A DNA stretch of 64,000 nt from Histomonas meleagridis 2922-C6/04-290x. Lineage: Eukaryota > Protista > Parabasalia. Location of the stretch: positions 185,472 to 249,471 of the forward strand of contig JAANOX010000019.1 in assembly GCA_020184695.1 (NCBI GenBank), given 5' to 3'. Shown here piece after piece: positions 1-10,783 of the stretch. The position numbers and the translations under genes were made by a program. The first letter of the stretch is position 1. Each line of letters starts with the position of its first letter. Below the pieces are notes generated by a model, which did not search any database, was not told the origin of the DNA, and saw only the letters and a list, made by a program, of their open reading frames with translations.

Positions 1-312
1 ATCAAAGTCATGACGTCTTTTCCTTTTAGTTGTTCTGGCTCCTGTGTCGACCTTTTGAACATTGTCTTGTTGAAATTGTTTGTTTTGTGATTGTTTGGAC
101 CTAATCCTGCTTTTTTTTGAGAAACCATATTCGTAGTCGGAATCATCTGATTCATAACTTGAACTTGTATCGCTAAAACTTGTTGAGCTATCAGAACTCA
201 TTTCACTTGATGACTCTGCATAGTTCACTGATTGCAATGGGCGATCTGAATGCCTTATAGGTTGGCCATATTGAAAATTATTGCTTTCATTGTTATAATA
301 TGAACCGTCCAT
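1..312 (-). CDS. hypothetical Ser-rich protein, 5' part only (runs off window start)
   Basis: Hand translation from ATG at 312: MDGSYYNNESNNFQYGQPIRHSD...SSEMSSDSSTSFSDTSSSYESDDSDY...TTKRKRRHDFD; 104 codons with no stop. Confidence 0.6.
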   Translation of the reverse strand, partial: MDGSYYNNESNNFQYGQPIRHSDRPLQSVNYAESSSEMSSDSSTSFSDTSSSYESDDSDYEYGFSKKSRIRSKQSQNKQFQQDNVQKVDTGARTTKRKRRHDFD

Positions 313-689
313 AATGGAATTGATCGAAAACCGTCGAAATTACTTCAAAAAGTACTTAATTTTTGGTCGGCATCAAAGCACAGCCTTGCCATTCATTTTA
401 GTTACACTTTGAAAAAATGAATACTTTATTCTGATTCTGAAAAATTTTCACTTGTGAATACCAATTTGCTCTTTTATTTTGGTTAAATTAAATTATTTTT
501 AATAGTAAAATTGTTGTTATTGCTTTTTTTTCATAATGAGCAAAATATAATTTTTAAATCTTTATTTGGAATTTCAACTCATAAGTTATAAAAATGTGTT
601 GATGAGCGGATGTTTATTCTTTTAGTTGGGGTAACCAAGGAAATCAAACCAGAATTGGTAAAATCCATAAATGGAATAAAAATATATTT

Positions 690-1025
690 TTACCATTTCC
701 TGATTTGGAAAAGTTCTGGCTTTCTGTCCTTTTCTTCTTTGGATTCTCCGTGCCTGATCCTTGTCTTCTTTGGACGATCATCGACAAGAAGTGTACCTAA
801 GTTAATTGCTTCTGGTAAGATTACGTATCTAATGGATGCACCACGTATTGTCATGTTCTCAAGTCTTTCTTTTGGTTTTCCAGGTCTTTGAATTTGAACG
901 AGTCTGACATGAGTATTCATTGCTGAGTCAACACCAACAACAGTCCCTTCAATTACGGTATTATCTTTCAGTTCAATTGTAACGTGTTCACGAACCAATT
1001 TCCTGAGGAAATGGACTAGCTTCAT
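690..1025 (-). CDS. SNRPD1: spliceosomal core protein Sm D1
   Basis: MKLVHFLRKL..EHVTIELKDNTVIEGTVVGVDSAMNTH (Sm1) and IRGASIRYVILPEAINLGTLLVD (Sm2) match the SmD1 pattern. Confidence 0.9.
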   Translation of the reverse strand: MKLVHFLRKLVREHVTIELKDNTVIEGTVVGVDSAMNTHVRLVQIQRPGKPKERLENMTIRGASIRYVILPEAINLGTLLVDDRPKKTRIRHGESKEEKDRKPELFQIRKW

Positions 1026-1267
1026 TTGGAAATGCCCCTTTAGCCGGTACGATAGGAAAGTGGCAATATTAAAAAAATCGACAAAAAAATCTCATAAACA
1101 AAAAAGAATGTTTAAATAATAAAACACTTTATTAAACTTTCTGGTTATTTACATTTTTCTCTGGTAAATTATTTTTCAAGTATGAAGTACTCATAATAAG
1201 TAAAAATTGCAATATCAAAAAGTACTTTAAATCTATTTTATTAAAAGATGATAAAATCAGGGAATTA

Positions 1268-2464
1268 CTAATCTATTTCGAAACTTGATTTCTTTGATAA
1301 AAAACTCTCAAGAAATTTCTTTGCATTAATATAATATTGTTCTGTTACACCATAAGCCGAGTTTATACAAATTGTTCTTGAGTCATGAGGATTTATTCCC
1401 TCAAATGGATTATCATCATCTTTATAATAAATAAATCTTGCGTTATTAATTAATGCGTCACCTTCTAATTCAACATATTTACATAATTTACTATATGCGA
1501 CACATGTTTGTATTATTGAAGCTTGAAATTGAAAATCAGGAAAAGCTCTAAAATGCTTTGCCAATGTTTTATTAATTTCTTTTGGAAATAATTCATGAAC
1601 TTTACGTAACAATGTTAAAGATATTGGTAATACTGAATGAGTTGTTTCACCTCTTGGTGTTACATTTGTACGATTTACACATGCACTCAGCGTATAATGT
1701 AATGAAGCCCAATATTCATCTCCATCAATTGATGGTGATTTTAATTTATTCTTAAAATTTACATAAAAATTATATTTTCTATGTACATATTTCCAATTAT
1801 TTTGTTTTACTGCAATAATTGGAAGATGCGTTTCTTTATCAAAAAAATCCCATTTCGTTGTTGGGCGGGAAAAGAAAAAATCATCATTTAAATATAAAAA
1901 ATGTTCAGATAACTCAGGAATATTTATAATACAATGTTCTATTACACGTGAATTATAAGTTGGTAAAGCAAATTTAGGGATGATTTGTGTATGATCAACA
2001 TATACGATCTTTGAATGATTTTGTCTAACAAACGGAATGGTTTGATTGTCAGTTATAATGAATATTTTGCGAACCCATGGTGCATATAATTCAACACTTC
2101 GAAGTGAGTATCGGATTTCTTCAATATTTTGGAAACGAACTTTATCTAGTTCTTTGTTATGTTCTACTCCGCATTGTATTTCGGTTTTTTTCTTTTTGGC
2201 TTGCCATACTGGATCGTTGCCATTTACATATGTATAAACAATATCAACATCAATATCATTAGGATCCGTTTTTTTAGATAATAGTATTTGGGCTAACATC
2301 GGTTCTTGCTTAGTAATTTTATTATTAAAATTAGATGTTGAAATCGTTGTGACTTTAAAAGATATTGAAGAACAAAAATTTAGTGACAGAAGTAAAACGT
2401 AAGAGACAATTATAATTATAAAAAAATATTTTTCATTTGATTTTTGGCGTTTTTGGTTAACCAT
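1268..2464 (-). CDS. Stealth-family hexose-1-phosphate transferase, type II membrane protein
   Basis: CR1 DVDIVYTYVNGNDP, CR2 RFQNIEEIRYSLRSVELYAPWVRKIFIITDNQ...EHFLYLNDDFF, CR4 ICINS. N-terminal TM segment. First in-frame ATG is at 2464 (the ORF track starts at a TTG at 2482). Confidence 0.85.
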   Translation of the reverse strand: MVNQKRQKSNEKYFFIIIIVSYVLLLSLNFCSSISFKVTTISTSNFNNKITKQEPMLAQILLSKKTDPNDIDVDIVYTYVNGNDPVWQAKKKKTEIQCGVEHNKELDKVRFQNIEEIRYSLRSVELYAPWVRKIFIITDNQTIPFVRQNHSKIVYVDHTQIIPKFALPTYNSRVIEHCIINIPELSEHFLYLNDDFFFSRPTTKWDFFDKETHLPIIAVKQNNWKYVHRKYNFYVNFKNKLKSPSIDGDEYWASLHYTLSACVNRTNVTPRGETTHSVLPISLTLLRKVHELFPKEINKTLAKHFRAFPDFQFQASIIQTCVAYSKLCKYVELEGDALINNARFIYYKDDDNPFEGINPHDSRTICINSAYGVTEQYYINAKKFLESFLSKKSSFEID

Positions 2465-2944
2465 CTTCAACCAGTCATTCAAAATTTCTTATGGATCCGT
2501 TATTTTGAAATCCTTGGCATTTGAAAACAGAAGATTATTTCTGTAGAATCTCTTTTAAATAAAAATTTAAATCAATAAGAAATAATGAGCTTGAACATGA
2601 CATACATGAAATACTTTGTAACACAATTATAAACCAAAATATTTATAAATAGGAGACCATTTTTTAATAGTTTTTTAATTTTGAAATTATTTATAATGTT
2701 CCAAGTACATTTCAGCGAATAACAAATAGATTCAGCAAATTTATAGTAAGACATAATGAATTTTCAAAAATAATTTTTGAATAACAACAAATAAATAAAA
2801 TTTTATGAAAAAACAAAGCAAAAATATTTATTGTATTGTGGCTGAGAGTATAAGGCAAAGAATGTTTCGATATTTTTATATAATGGGTCCGTTTCTTGAA
2901 ACACTAAAAAGATTTAGAGACACTTTTCTGTACGTTAAGATTAA

Positions 2945-3556
2945 ATGTCATCGAGTGTTTTTAAGCAAGTTTTCGCTGGTGCTAAGCAAGAACCTGCCCT
3001 TTTCCCCAGAAAGAATGAAAATAAAACCCCAAATCAAGAAAATGATAATACAAAAAACTCAAAAAATTTAACACCACGAAGAAGATATAACTCTCAAGAT
3101 GCATTTGAACAATTAAAAAGACAAAACGGTACAAAGCAGAAAGCTAAGAAAATAACTAAAATTGAAAGTGAAACTCTATATAAAAAAGAAGACAAATATT
3201 TGAAAAAATGGCATAATAAAAAAGAAAGAGAAGACACCATGAAAAGAATTGACATAATGACTAAAAAGCTTAAAGTTCTCACAGATGAAATGATTGAGAC
3301 AAGAAATGCTTTAACAAAAACAGAAATTGAAAATGAAGAATTAATTGAACAAAATTCTAAATTGGAAAGAAATATACAAGAGCTAACTGATGAAACAACG
3401 GAGAAACATGAGGCTCTTCATGATATGGAAAAGTTCTTTGAAATTCGTCAAGAAGAGCAAAAAGAATTTTGGGAATTTAGAATAAATGAGCTACAAGCAC
3501 ATGTTGAAGCGCTTCGAATGGAAAAATTTAATTCATCGCAGTTTTCAACAATTTAA
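2945..3556 (+). CDS. hypothetical coiled-coil protein
   Basis: 203-aa ATG ORF with a charged heptad-rich C-terminal half. Confidence 0.6.
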   Translation: MSSSVFKQVFAGAKQEPALFPRKNENKTPNQENDNTKNSKNLTPRRRYNSQDAFEQLKRQNGTKQKAKKITKIESETLYKKEDKYLKKWHNKKEREDTMKRIDIMTKKLKVLTDEMIETRNALTKTEIENEELIEQNSKLERNIQELTDETTEKHEALHDMEKFFEIRQEEQKEFWEFRINELQAHVEALRMEKFNSSQFSTI

Positions 3557-3898
3557 ATCCTTTTTGAAAGGAATGCCTTACTATATTTAAGATGAAAAAA
3601 CCTATTAAGATTTGTAGATGTTTAAATATGAAAAGATTTTTTCCAATTTTTTTTTTCCATTATAAATTTTTGTTGAGCAAGACAATGTCTCAAAAAGTGG
3701 TATCGGAGAAATACCGATTATGAATTCTGGTATTTACTTATGTCACTTTTGATGATACATACTTTTTTGAATGTGGCAATTTCATTAATGAACACCAATG
3801 CTGATTGAAATTAATATAATTGAAATGCATCTTAACGTTAAGAAAACAAATAACGTTCGAAGGAAGGAAAAATCCCGGGGTTTTGTAAAAAAGGTAAA

Positions 3899-4453
3899 AT
3901 GAGCATTTTGGGCCAGCCTACATACTCTATTATGGTTGTCGGATCTGGAGGCACAGGCAGATCTTCTATCACTATGCAACTTGTAGAAAGGAAATATTAT
4001 AAAGATTTTGATCCAGGGCTTGAAGATATTTACATGTGTTCCCTTTTAGTCGATGGGAAAACTAATATCATTGAAATTCTTGACATTGCAGGAGGTAGTG
4101 ACTTTTATCAAATGTGGATGCATCAATTGAAATATAAAAATGGTTTTATAGTTGTTTACTCAATAGATGACCAGGATTCTTTTAATACTGCCGAGAGATG
4201 GTGTAATGATATTGTTCGAGAAAAAAAAAGTTATAATATTCCAATTGTTATTTGTGGAAATAAGTGTGATCGAGAAGACAAACGAGTTGTTAGCCAATTT
4301 CAAGGTCAAGAACTCGCATTACGATTTGGTGCAAAATTTTTTGAAACTTCTGCAAAGTTGAATATAAACATCACTGAATCATCTTCAGAACTTATAAGAA
4401 TGATGGAACAGATACCTAATAGAAATGGTAACAAACAAAAAACACAATTCTAA
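3899..4453 (+). CDS. atypical Ras-family small GTPase
   Basis: G1 GSGGTGRS, G3 DIAGG, G4 NKCD, G5 ETSAK. A CaaX-like tail lies in the +1 frame ending at 4487. Confidence 0.85.
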   Translation: MSILGQPTYSIMVVGSGGTGRSSITMQLVERKYYKDFDPGLEDIYMCSLLVDGKTNIIEILDIAGGSDFYQMWMHQLKYKNGFIVVYSIDDQDSFNTAERWCNDIVREKKSYNIPIVICGNKCDREDKRVVSQFQGQELALRFGAKFFETSAKLNINITESSSELIRMMEQIPNRNGNKQKTQF

Positions 4454-4652
4454 AAATTGCAAGCAAGAGATTTGTATGATATATTAAACATTTACATTTT
4501 TTATTTTTATTCGAATAAATTTGGTTGGCTTCATGAACAAATGAGTTATCACTCTTTTGTTCCATTTTCTGAAAGACTTTTTATTCGAAGAGATCCAGCC
4601 AAAAATTTGAAAAAAATACTTAAAAGTGACAAATACAAGTCCTGTTTGTTTT

Positions 4653-6158
4653 ATGACGACGTCTGATGATATCAGGGAGCAATTTGATCTCTCTAGTCAA
4701 GTAACATTTTCTGAATATCAACACGATGCAGTTACATATGCATCTATGCGAAAGTGTTCATTTTTTACTCATATCAATATCCTCAGAAGATTATGGGAAT
4801 ATGCGATAATGTTTATATGTTTGTTAGGTCCATCCGAAATCCTTGTTGTTGGTGTTATATTTGATCAAGTTTTCATTTCGATTTATTCAATTTTATTTCT
4901 TTTTGATCTTATTTTTTTATTTGATCTATTTGTCGTACGGAACACCGTTACAGTTCATAGAGGTCAACTTGTTCGAACGCCGGATTTATTTAAGCAATTT
5001 TATGGAAAGTGGTATGTTTATATACATCTTATTTCGTCAATTCCATTAGGATGGATTGGGATAGTAGTCAAGAATCGAATTGTTTACATTGTTCTATCTT
5101 TAAACAAAATATTACGATTATATCGCGGATTCAAAGCCTACAAAACCACCACCAAACTATTACCGTACATTGGCAGTGTTCTCTCCATATTACCCATATT
5201 ATATCTCATGCTATTTTCCATCAATTTATTTGCCTTTGCCTTCACTGTCAATGCGCAAGTTAATGGATTTGAGAATTCATTTTTGCACCAATTTTACGAT
5301 CGTAAATTTAACATAACGCAATTATATTTTACTTCGTTATATTTCATAATGACGACCATCTTAACCATTGGTTATGGTGACATTTCTCCCACGACAACCA
5401 CTGAAATTGTTTTAGCAATTCTCGCGCAATTATTTGGCGTCACGATCCAAGCGATTCTTACGTCTAATTTAGTTGCCATATTAATTGATCCCGAAGAAAA
5501 TGAATATGTTCAACATTATAAAGTTGTACAAGATTTTCTTCGGTTTAAAGAACTTGACAATGATCAACGTAAAGTCATCCGTAATTATTGTCAATATAAA
5601 TGGGATAAAACAGGCGGATTCGGTAACATTACTAAGATATTAGGGAGAGTACCACCATCATTACGTTGTACCATTAAACTCGAAATTATTTCGAAGTTAT
5701 TTAACATAACTAAATCATTTAGAACATTAAATAGAAATCAATTACATATGTTAGCAGACATAATATTATTTAAGGATTATTCGCCTGATGATATAATTAT
5801 TCGTGAAGGTGAAGTTGCGGATAAATTAATATTCTTGAAAACTGGTACAATCGATGTAATAGTTGGTGGACAAGTCGTAATGACACATTCTTGTAATGAA
5901 GATAAGGCAATAGGAGAATATGAAATGTGTACCGGGTCAATAAACCCAATGACAATGAGAGTGGTGACGTTTCTGGAAACGTGGATAATAAAAATAGAGG
6001 ACTTGCTAAAGCTGATGGATAAGAAAAGAAGAATTAGAGTGAAAGTGGTGTCGAGTTTGTTGACGTTTTATCCAAACGCTTATGATGAAATTACATACAC
6101 TTTGATACCAAATGAAAACGAAAGAATGCTCTTCGCAAGCTATTGGAAACAATATTAA
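4653..6158 (+). CDS. cyclic-nucleotide-binding-domain K+ channel (KCNH/HCN/CNG-like)
   Basis: Multiple TM helices, pore filter TTILTIGYGDISP, C-linker, and cNMP-binding domain (YSPDDIIIREGEVADKLIFLKTG). First ATG is at 4653. Confidence 0.85.
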   Translation: MTTSDDIREQFDLSSQVTFSEYQHDAVTYASMRKCSFFTHINILRRLWEYAIMFICLLGPSEILVVGVIFDQVFISIYSILFLFDLIFLFDLFVVRNTVTVHRGQLVRTPDLFKQFYGKWYVYIHLISSIPLGWIGIVVKNRIVYIVLSLNKILRLYRGFKAYKTTTKLLPYIGSVLSILPILYLMLFSINLFAFAFTVNAQVNGFENSFLHQFYDRKFNITQLYFTSLYFIMTTILTIGYGDISPTTTTEIVLAILAQLFGVTIQAILTSNLVAILIDPEENEYVQHYKVVQDFLRFKELDNDQRKVIRNYCQYKWDKTGGFGNITKILGRVPPSLRCTIKLEIISKLFNITKSFRTLNRNQLHMLADIILFKDYSPDDIIIREGEVADKLIFLKTGTIDVIVGGQVVMTHSCNEDKAIGEYEMCTGSINPMTMRVVTFLETWIIKIEDLLKLMDKKRRIRVKVVSSLLTFYPNAYDEITYTLIPNENERMLFASYWKQY

Positions 6159-6244
6159 TATTAGAGAATAAATGTTTTTAATTTTTTGATATTTTGTAAT
6201 AATTTTATAATTTTTAAATATGAAAATTTGGGGTGGCCCAATAT

Positions 6245-7804
6245 ATGAAACAGAGAATTGTTGTTCCAAAGGTACAAACGCAATGCTCAACACCAAAAAA
6301 GACAAATAATAAAAATGCACCAATGCCAAAAATAATTAAACCTACACTGCCACCTATTCAAGATAGGAAACTAGTAGACTCATCAAGACCACAATCTGCA
6401 ATATCCTCTTCGCGTTCAGATGAAACAGAAACAACTGTTGAAGTGGAGCATTTACCTCTTCATTCAGTTAAAACTATAAAGCGTTTTGAAGATGAATTAA
6501 TTAATGATCCAGCTACATCACGTTCTACATCAATTTTAAACTACTTACATGAAATGGATGAAACAAATCCAGAACCATCACTTGATAAAATCATTCAGTT
6601 AACAAAGTCATGGAAATGTGATTCAATTATTTCTGTTGATTTTCGTGTTTATCATATTCTTACCCAAGCTCTTTTTACATTAATACGTCAACTTTGTCAA
6701 AAACAAGATTATTCTAAAACATTATTTAAAGCATTATCAATTTGTATCCACATTATACCTTCATCTGATCATGAATCTCTTCTTATCGTACTAAAGCTAA
6801 TGCACAAAATGAGCCAAAGTGAACAATTTGATACAGATTTTTCCAATTGTTTCATTATCAAACCCCTTGTATTTCATTCATTTGAACAAGTAGAGAAAAT
6901 ACCTGTTTATTCTGCTGCCATTCTTCGACATGTTGGCACCTTAGAAGTTAATGCAAAAGAGATGATTCAAAACAATGCAATTAAATTAATATGTCAAACT
7001 CTTCGAACCAAAATCAGAAGAGAAAGATTTACTCCTGAAATGGGACTTTATTTTTATCAAGTTATTGACTTATTTAACACATTGTTCCAATTCATCAGTG
7101 ATTTCACCATCATTTGCCGATACACTCTTCCATTGAATTTGATGGATATTTCTATGATTTACAGCAACGATATAACTGTTCAATCAGCTTCTTCAAAAGC
7201 TTTATCTTTGTTAATGACGCAACAAGAATGTGTAGAAGTATTAGAAGATGAAGACATTACACCATTGTTTTTCTTAATGAAGAACAAGAACAAAAAAATT
7301 GCGCAAGCATCATGTTTATCATTATCTAATGCATTAAATCATTCATCAATTCTTGTTGAAAATGTTTGTTCAATGGCTCCACCATTTGGTGTCTTTGGCT
7401 TATGCGAAATTTTAAAAGAAACGAATGATACTAATATGATATTATCATGTTTAAGATGTTTAGCTAAAACAAGCGAACTCAAACAAGGAATGGATTCCAT
7501 CATGTTATACATTCAATATATAGTTCCATTACTTGATACACCAATGGATGATGTCGATGTTTGGACGGAATCACATATGATTGTAGCAAATGCACTTATT
7601 ATATTAAAAAATGCCACAATTATAAATAATAATAAAATAGCAAATATGATAAAAGGAAAATTAAGACAATTAATGAACTTCGGTGTTGTGGATTACGTAA
7701 TTGACTTGATGAAAGTTTTAATGAAAACACCACTTGGAAAAGAAATATGTAATGAAGTTAGCGACTTTGAAGAAGTACAATTTGTTTTTATGAATAAAAT
7801 GTAA
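6245..7804 (+). CDS. hypothetical helical-repeat (ARM-like) protein
   Basis: About 520-aa open frame with a disordered N-terminus followed by Leu-rich helical repeats. Confidence 0.6.
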   Translation: MKQRIVVPKVQTQCSTPKKTNNKNAPMPKIIKPTLPPIQDRKLVDSSRPQSAISSSRSDETETTVEVEHLPLHSVKTIKRFEDELINDPATSRSTSILNYLHEMDETNPEPSLDKIIQLTKSWKCDSIISVDFRVYHILTQALFTLIRQLCQKQDYSKTLFKALSICIHIIPSSDHESLLIVLKLMHKMSQSEQFDTDFSNCFIIKPLVFHSFEQVEKIPVYSAAILRHVGTLEVNAKEMIQNNAIKLICQTLRTKIRRERFTPEMGLYFYQVIDLFNTLFQFISDFTIICRYTLPLNLMDISMIYSNDITVQSASSKALSLLMTQQECVEVLEDEDITPLFFLMKNKNKKIAQASCLSLSNALNHSSILVENVCSMAPPFGVFGLCEILKETNDTNMILSCLRCLAKTSELKQGMDSIMLYIQYIVPLLDTPMDDVDVWTESHMIVANALIILKNATIINNNKIANMIKGKLRQLMNFGVVDYVIDLMKVLMKTPLGKEICNEVSDFEEVQFVFMNKM

Positions 7805-8726
7805 CTATAATGTCATGTTTTATGTAAAGCATTCATTTAAATATTCGTTAAGGTTGTACTTCAAACGGTCGCCACTGAAAAAATATTGTTTTGTTAATAA
7901 ATCGATACACATTTATAATTTTAATCTGTGAATCAAAAAAATATTTATAATTATTAATGCTCTTCGTTAAATACTAAATCATTTTATTTTTGATTTTTTT
8001 ATTATAGATAATCAATTTCACGTTAAATTGAAAAGTTAAGAGATCTCTCTATTTCATTTTTTATAATTATATGATATATTTAAATTTTTAATTAATTTTT
8101 ATTTATATTCAGTTAACATTGAGTTCCATTCATTTTGAGAACAAAAAATCATGAAAATTTATTTTTAAATATAATAAACAACATAATAATTTCAATTCAT
8201 GTTACCATATTATTTCAGTAAATTATTATTTGATTTGGAGATAAAAATGTCAATAACAAGTAAATACGATCAAAAAGCATAAAGAAGACCTAAAAAGTAG
8301 GAACATGAAAAACCTGTTTTCGAATATATTTTTCTTATTATTATTTATATTTAAATATGATCCTCTTGTATTAAATAAATAACATTAGTATATATATATT
8401 TTAGATTCAAATAATGATATTATAATATTATAATGTTATCTTGTAATTTGCAATTGAATTTTTTTTCAAATTTATCCAATATCTCTCTATTACTACTTTA
8501 TTTTAAATATTTTTCACAATATTTGATGTTATTATTTATTTCATTTTGTCTAATATATCCATTCCTCTCTATTCATTTTAAGTTTCATTTTTTATAATTG
8601 AATTGTTTTTAATCGTTTTATATTCAATATTTTTTGTTTATTATACCAGTATATTTCAACTTTTTTTGATGGTTTTCGAGAGAACGATCATCACAATAAT
8701 CTAACATGATAATGTTATGAGAAAAA

Positions 8727-9410
8727 AATGGAAATCTTGAGTTTATTAAATACAATAAAAGTATTTATTTTTCAAATTATAATCTAACATGGAAATTCTC
8801 ATCCATGTCATCGAATAGCTCAATATGGTAATTATTCACATGATGCGATAAGATCTTTCTTATTCTGTGTACGATTGTTTTCAATTCAGTAGGAAGTACT
8901 CAATAATTTCTTTCTTTTTATGTTTGTTATAATGAATTGATATTTTAAATATATATTAGGTAATTATTTTCAATATTTAAATCAATATTATATTTTGAAG
9001 CTGAAAAAAATCACATCGAAATGGTTAAATTACTTCTTGAACAAGAAGGAATTGATATTAATGCTAAAGGTATTTATTTATTTTATTTAATATATATTTC
9101 AGCAATTTACAATTTAAAAACGATATTAGGAATTTAATTAAGTAATCAAAAAAAAAACTTCACTTATTATAGCATCTGAAAATGGTCATACGGAAATAGT
9201 TAAATTACTTCTTGAACATGAAGGAATTGATATTAATGCTAAAGATATTTATTTATTTTATATTTATTTTAATAATTTGATATTTCAAAATAATATTTGG
9301 AAATTATTTAAATTATTTGCAACAGCACTTATAAAACCATCTGAAAATGGTAACACAGAAATAGTTAAGTTACTTCTTGAACAAGAAGAAATTGATATTA
9401 ATTACTGATC
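8727..9410 (+). pseudogene. orphan or degenerate ankyrin cassettes with spacers
   Basis: Segments encoding NGNLEFIKY, NHIEMVKLLLEQEGIDINAK, ASENGHTEIVKLLLEHEGIDINAKD and TALIKPSENGNTEIVKLLLEQEEIDIN, separated by AT-rich spacers. No intact upstream ORF was seen. Confidence 0.6.
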
Positions 9411-9655
9411 CATGAATATTATTATAAAATTGACAGTGATGATATTGTACTAAGACAAACCTCTCAGATCAGTCCCAAGCTGCACCAAAACTAGGAGCAT
9501 AATTTTTGATTATAACAAATTTCATTATTTCTTATCGATTTACACTTCAATCCAGCACTGAATTCTAAAGCAGTGCTACTTATAGACTGTGTGTAAAAGG
9601 AGTTGAGGATAATATATTTTGAAAAAAAAATTGTTAACCGTTCAAAAGCTGCCAT

Positions 9656-10783
9656 ATGAAAGCTTTCAAGTCTATTCCTCCTCCATCACAGACTTTACGA
9701 CTTGTTCCTAGCGAAGTTGTTGATATTGAGAAATTATTTTTAAAATTAAACGAAAGCAATCTCGAGTTAACATATCAGAAAGTTTCAAAACTGATGGAAG
9801 CTAAACCAAGTTGTCCTTTACTCTATGAATTTTATATTACTCAATTTATTTATATGTCTTATTTTACACAAAAAAGAGAAGCGAGTTTATATGTTTTATT
9901 TTTGAATTCATTATCAAACATAAAAAATTTAAACTTTACAAAATTGCTTAAAGTATTAACCATTTATCTTTGTCAAATAAACACATATGAATCCGGATGT
10001 CTTCTTAAAGAAATAAATAAAAATGAAATGATACCTTCAAGTATTCTTTATTATGTGAAAAACATTATAAATATAACAAGCCAAGAAACTAAAGAAGCAG
10101 ACTTGTTAGAAATTCTTCGAAATGATGATTTAGAAGAATTACAAGAAATGTCAACACAAAGTAGTTTTAATTTTAATCAAGTAATTGATCAGCAACTTTA
10201 TGAAAAATATTCTTTTATAAAGAATCAAAAAGAGGATGTTTCAATAATTGATTTTTGTGCATTTTTTGGATCAATTAAATGCTTCAAATTTTTGTTAATT
10301 AATGGATCAAATGTTCAAAACGCATTAAAATATGCAATTGCTGGAGGAAATTTAGAAATTATTCATTTATGCATACAAAACGATTCAACATTTAATAATG
10401 CTTTAGAAATAGCAATCGAATTTCATCGAAATGATATTTTTCATTATTTTTATGTTGAAAAAATTGAGAAAAGAAAAAATTTATTTGTGAACAAAGATTT
10501 AAATGAATTAGGTATGCAATGTTTAAAACACACGAATTATAAAATTTTATCTTTTTTAGAAAAAGAAGGTTTATCAAAATTAAATCTTTCACTGCAAGAA
10601 GCAGCAATAAGATATAATAATCTTCCTTTTATACAAAGTTTTTATGAAGGAAAAATTATAAGAAAAGATCTTTTTTTGGATCTGCTTCAAAATGGAAATC
10701 CTATAGTGGTCAAATGGCTCCTTCAAAATAAAGGAATTAAAATTGAGAATGGAGATGTTAAATTACATTACAGTTTATATTAA
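9656..10783 (+). CDS. DUF3447-type ankyrin-family protein, N-terminal part; frame stops inside the first spacer
   Basis: IIDFCAFFGSIKCFKFLLINGS..YAIAGGNLEIIH..AIEFHRNDIF, the motif typical of trichomonad DUF3447/ankyrin genes. Confidence 0.8.
   Translation: MKAFKSIPPPSQTLRLVPSEVVDIEKLFLKLNESNLELTYQKVSKLMEAKPSCPLLYEFYITQFIYMSYFTQKREASLYVLFLNSLSNIKNLNFTKLLKVLTIYLCQINTYESGCLLKEINKNEMIPSSILYYVKNIINITSQETKEADLLEILRNDDLEELQEMSTQSSFNFNQVIDQQLYEKYSFIKNQKEDVSIIDFCAFFGSIKCFKFLLINGSNVQNALKYAIAGGNLEIIHLCIQNDSTFNNALEIAIEFHRNDIFHYFYVEKIEKRKNLFVNKDLNELGMQCLKHTNYKILSFLEKEGLSKLNLSLQEAAIRYNNLPFIQSFYEGKIIRKDLFLDLLQNGNPIVVKWLLQNKGIKIENGDVKLHYSLY

Noticed and set aside
2572-2754. 60-aa minus-strand ORF and similar short AT-rich ORFs (e.g. 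16916..17164, 33553..33859, 57851..58093)
   Set aside because: F/I/K/N-rich composition typical of random AT-rich frames; no motifs.
9415-9600. Short AGCACTG/CAGTGCT inverted repeat in the segment after the orphan cassettes
   Set aside because: A 7-bp stem is within chance expectation; no other support.
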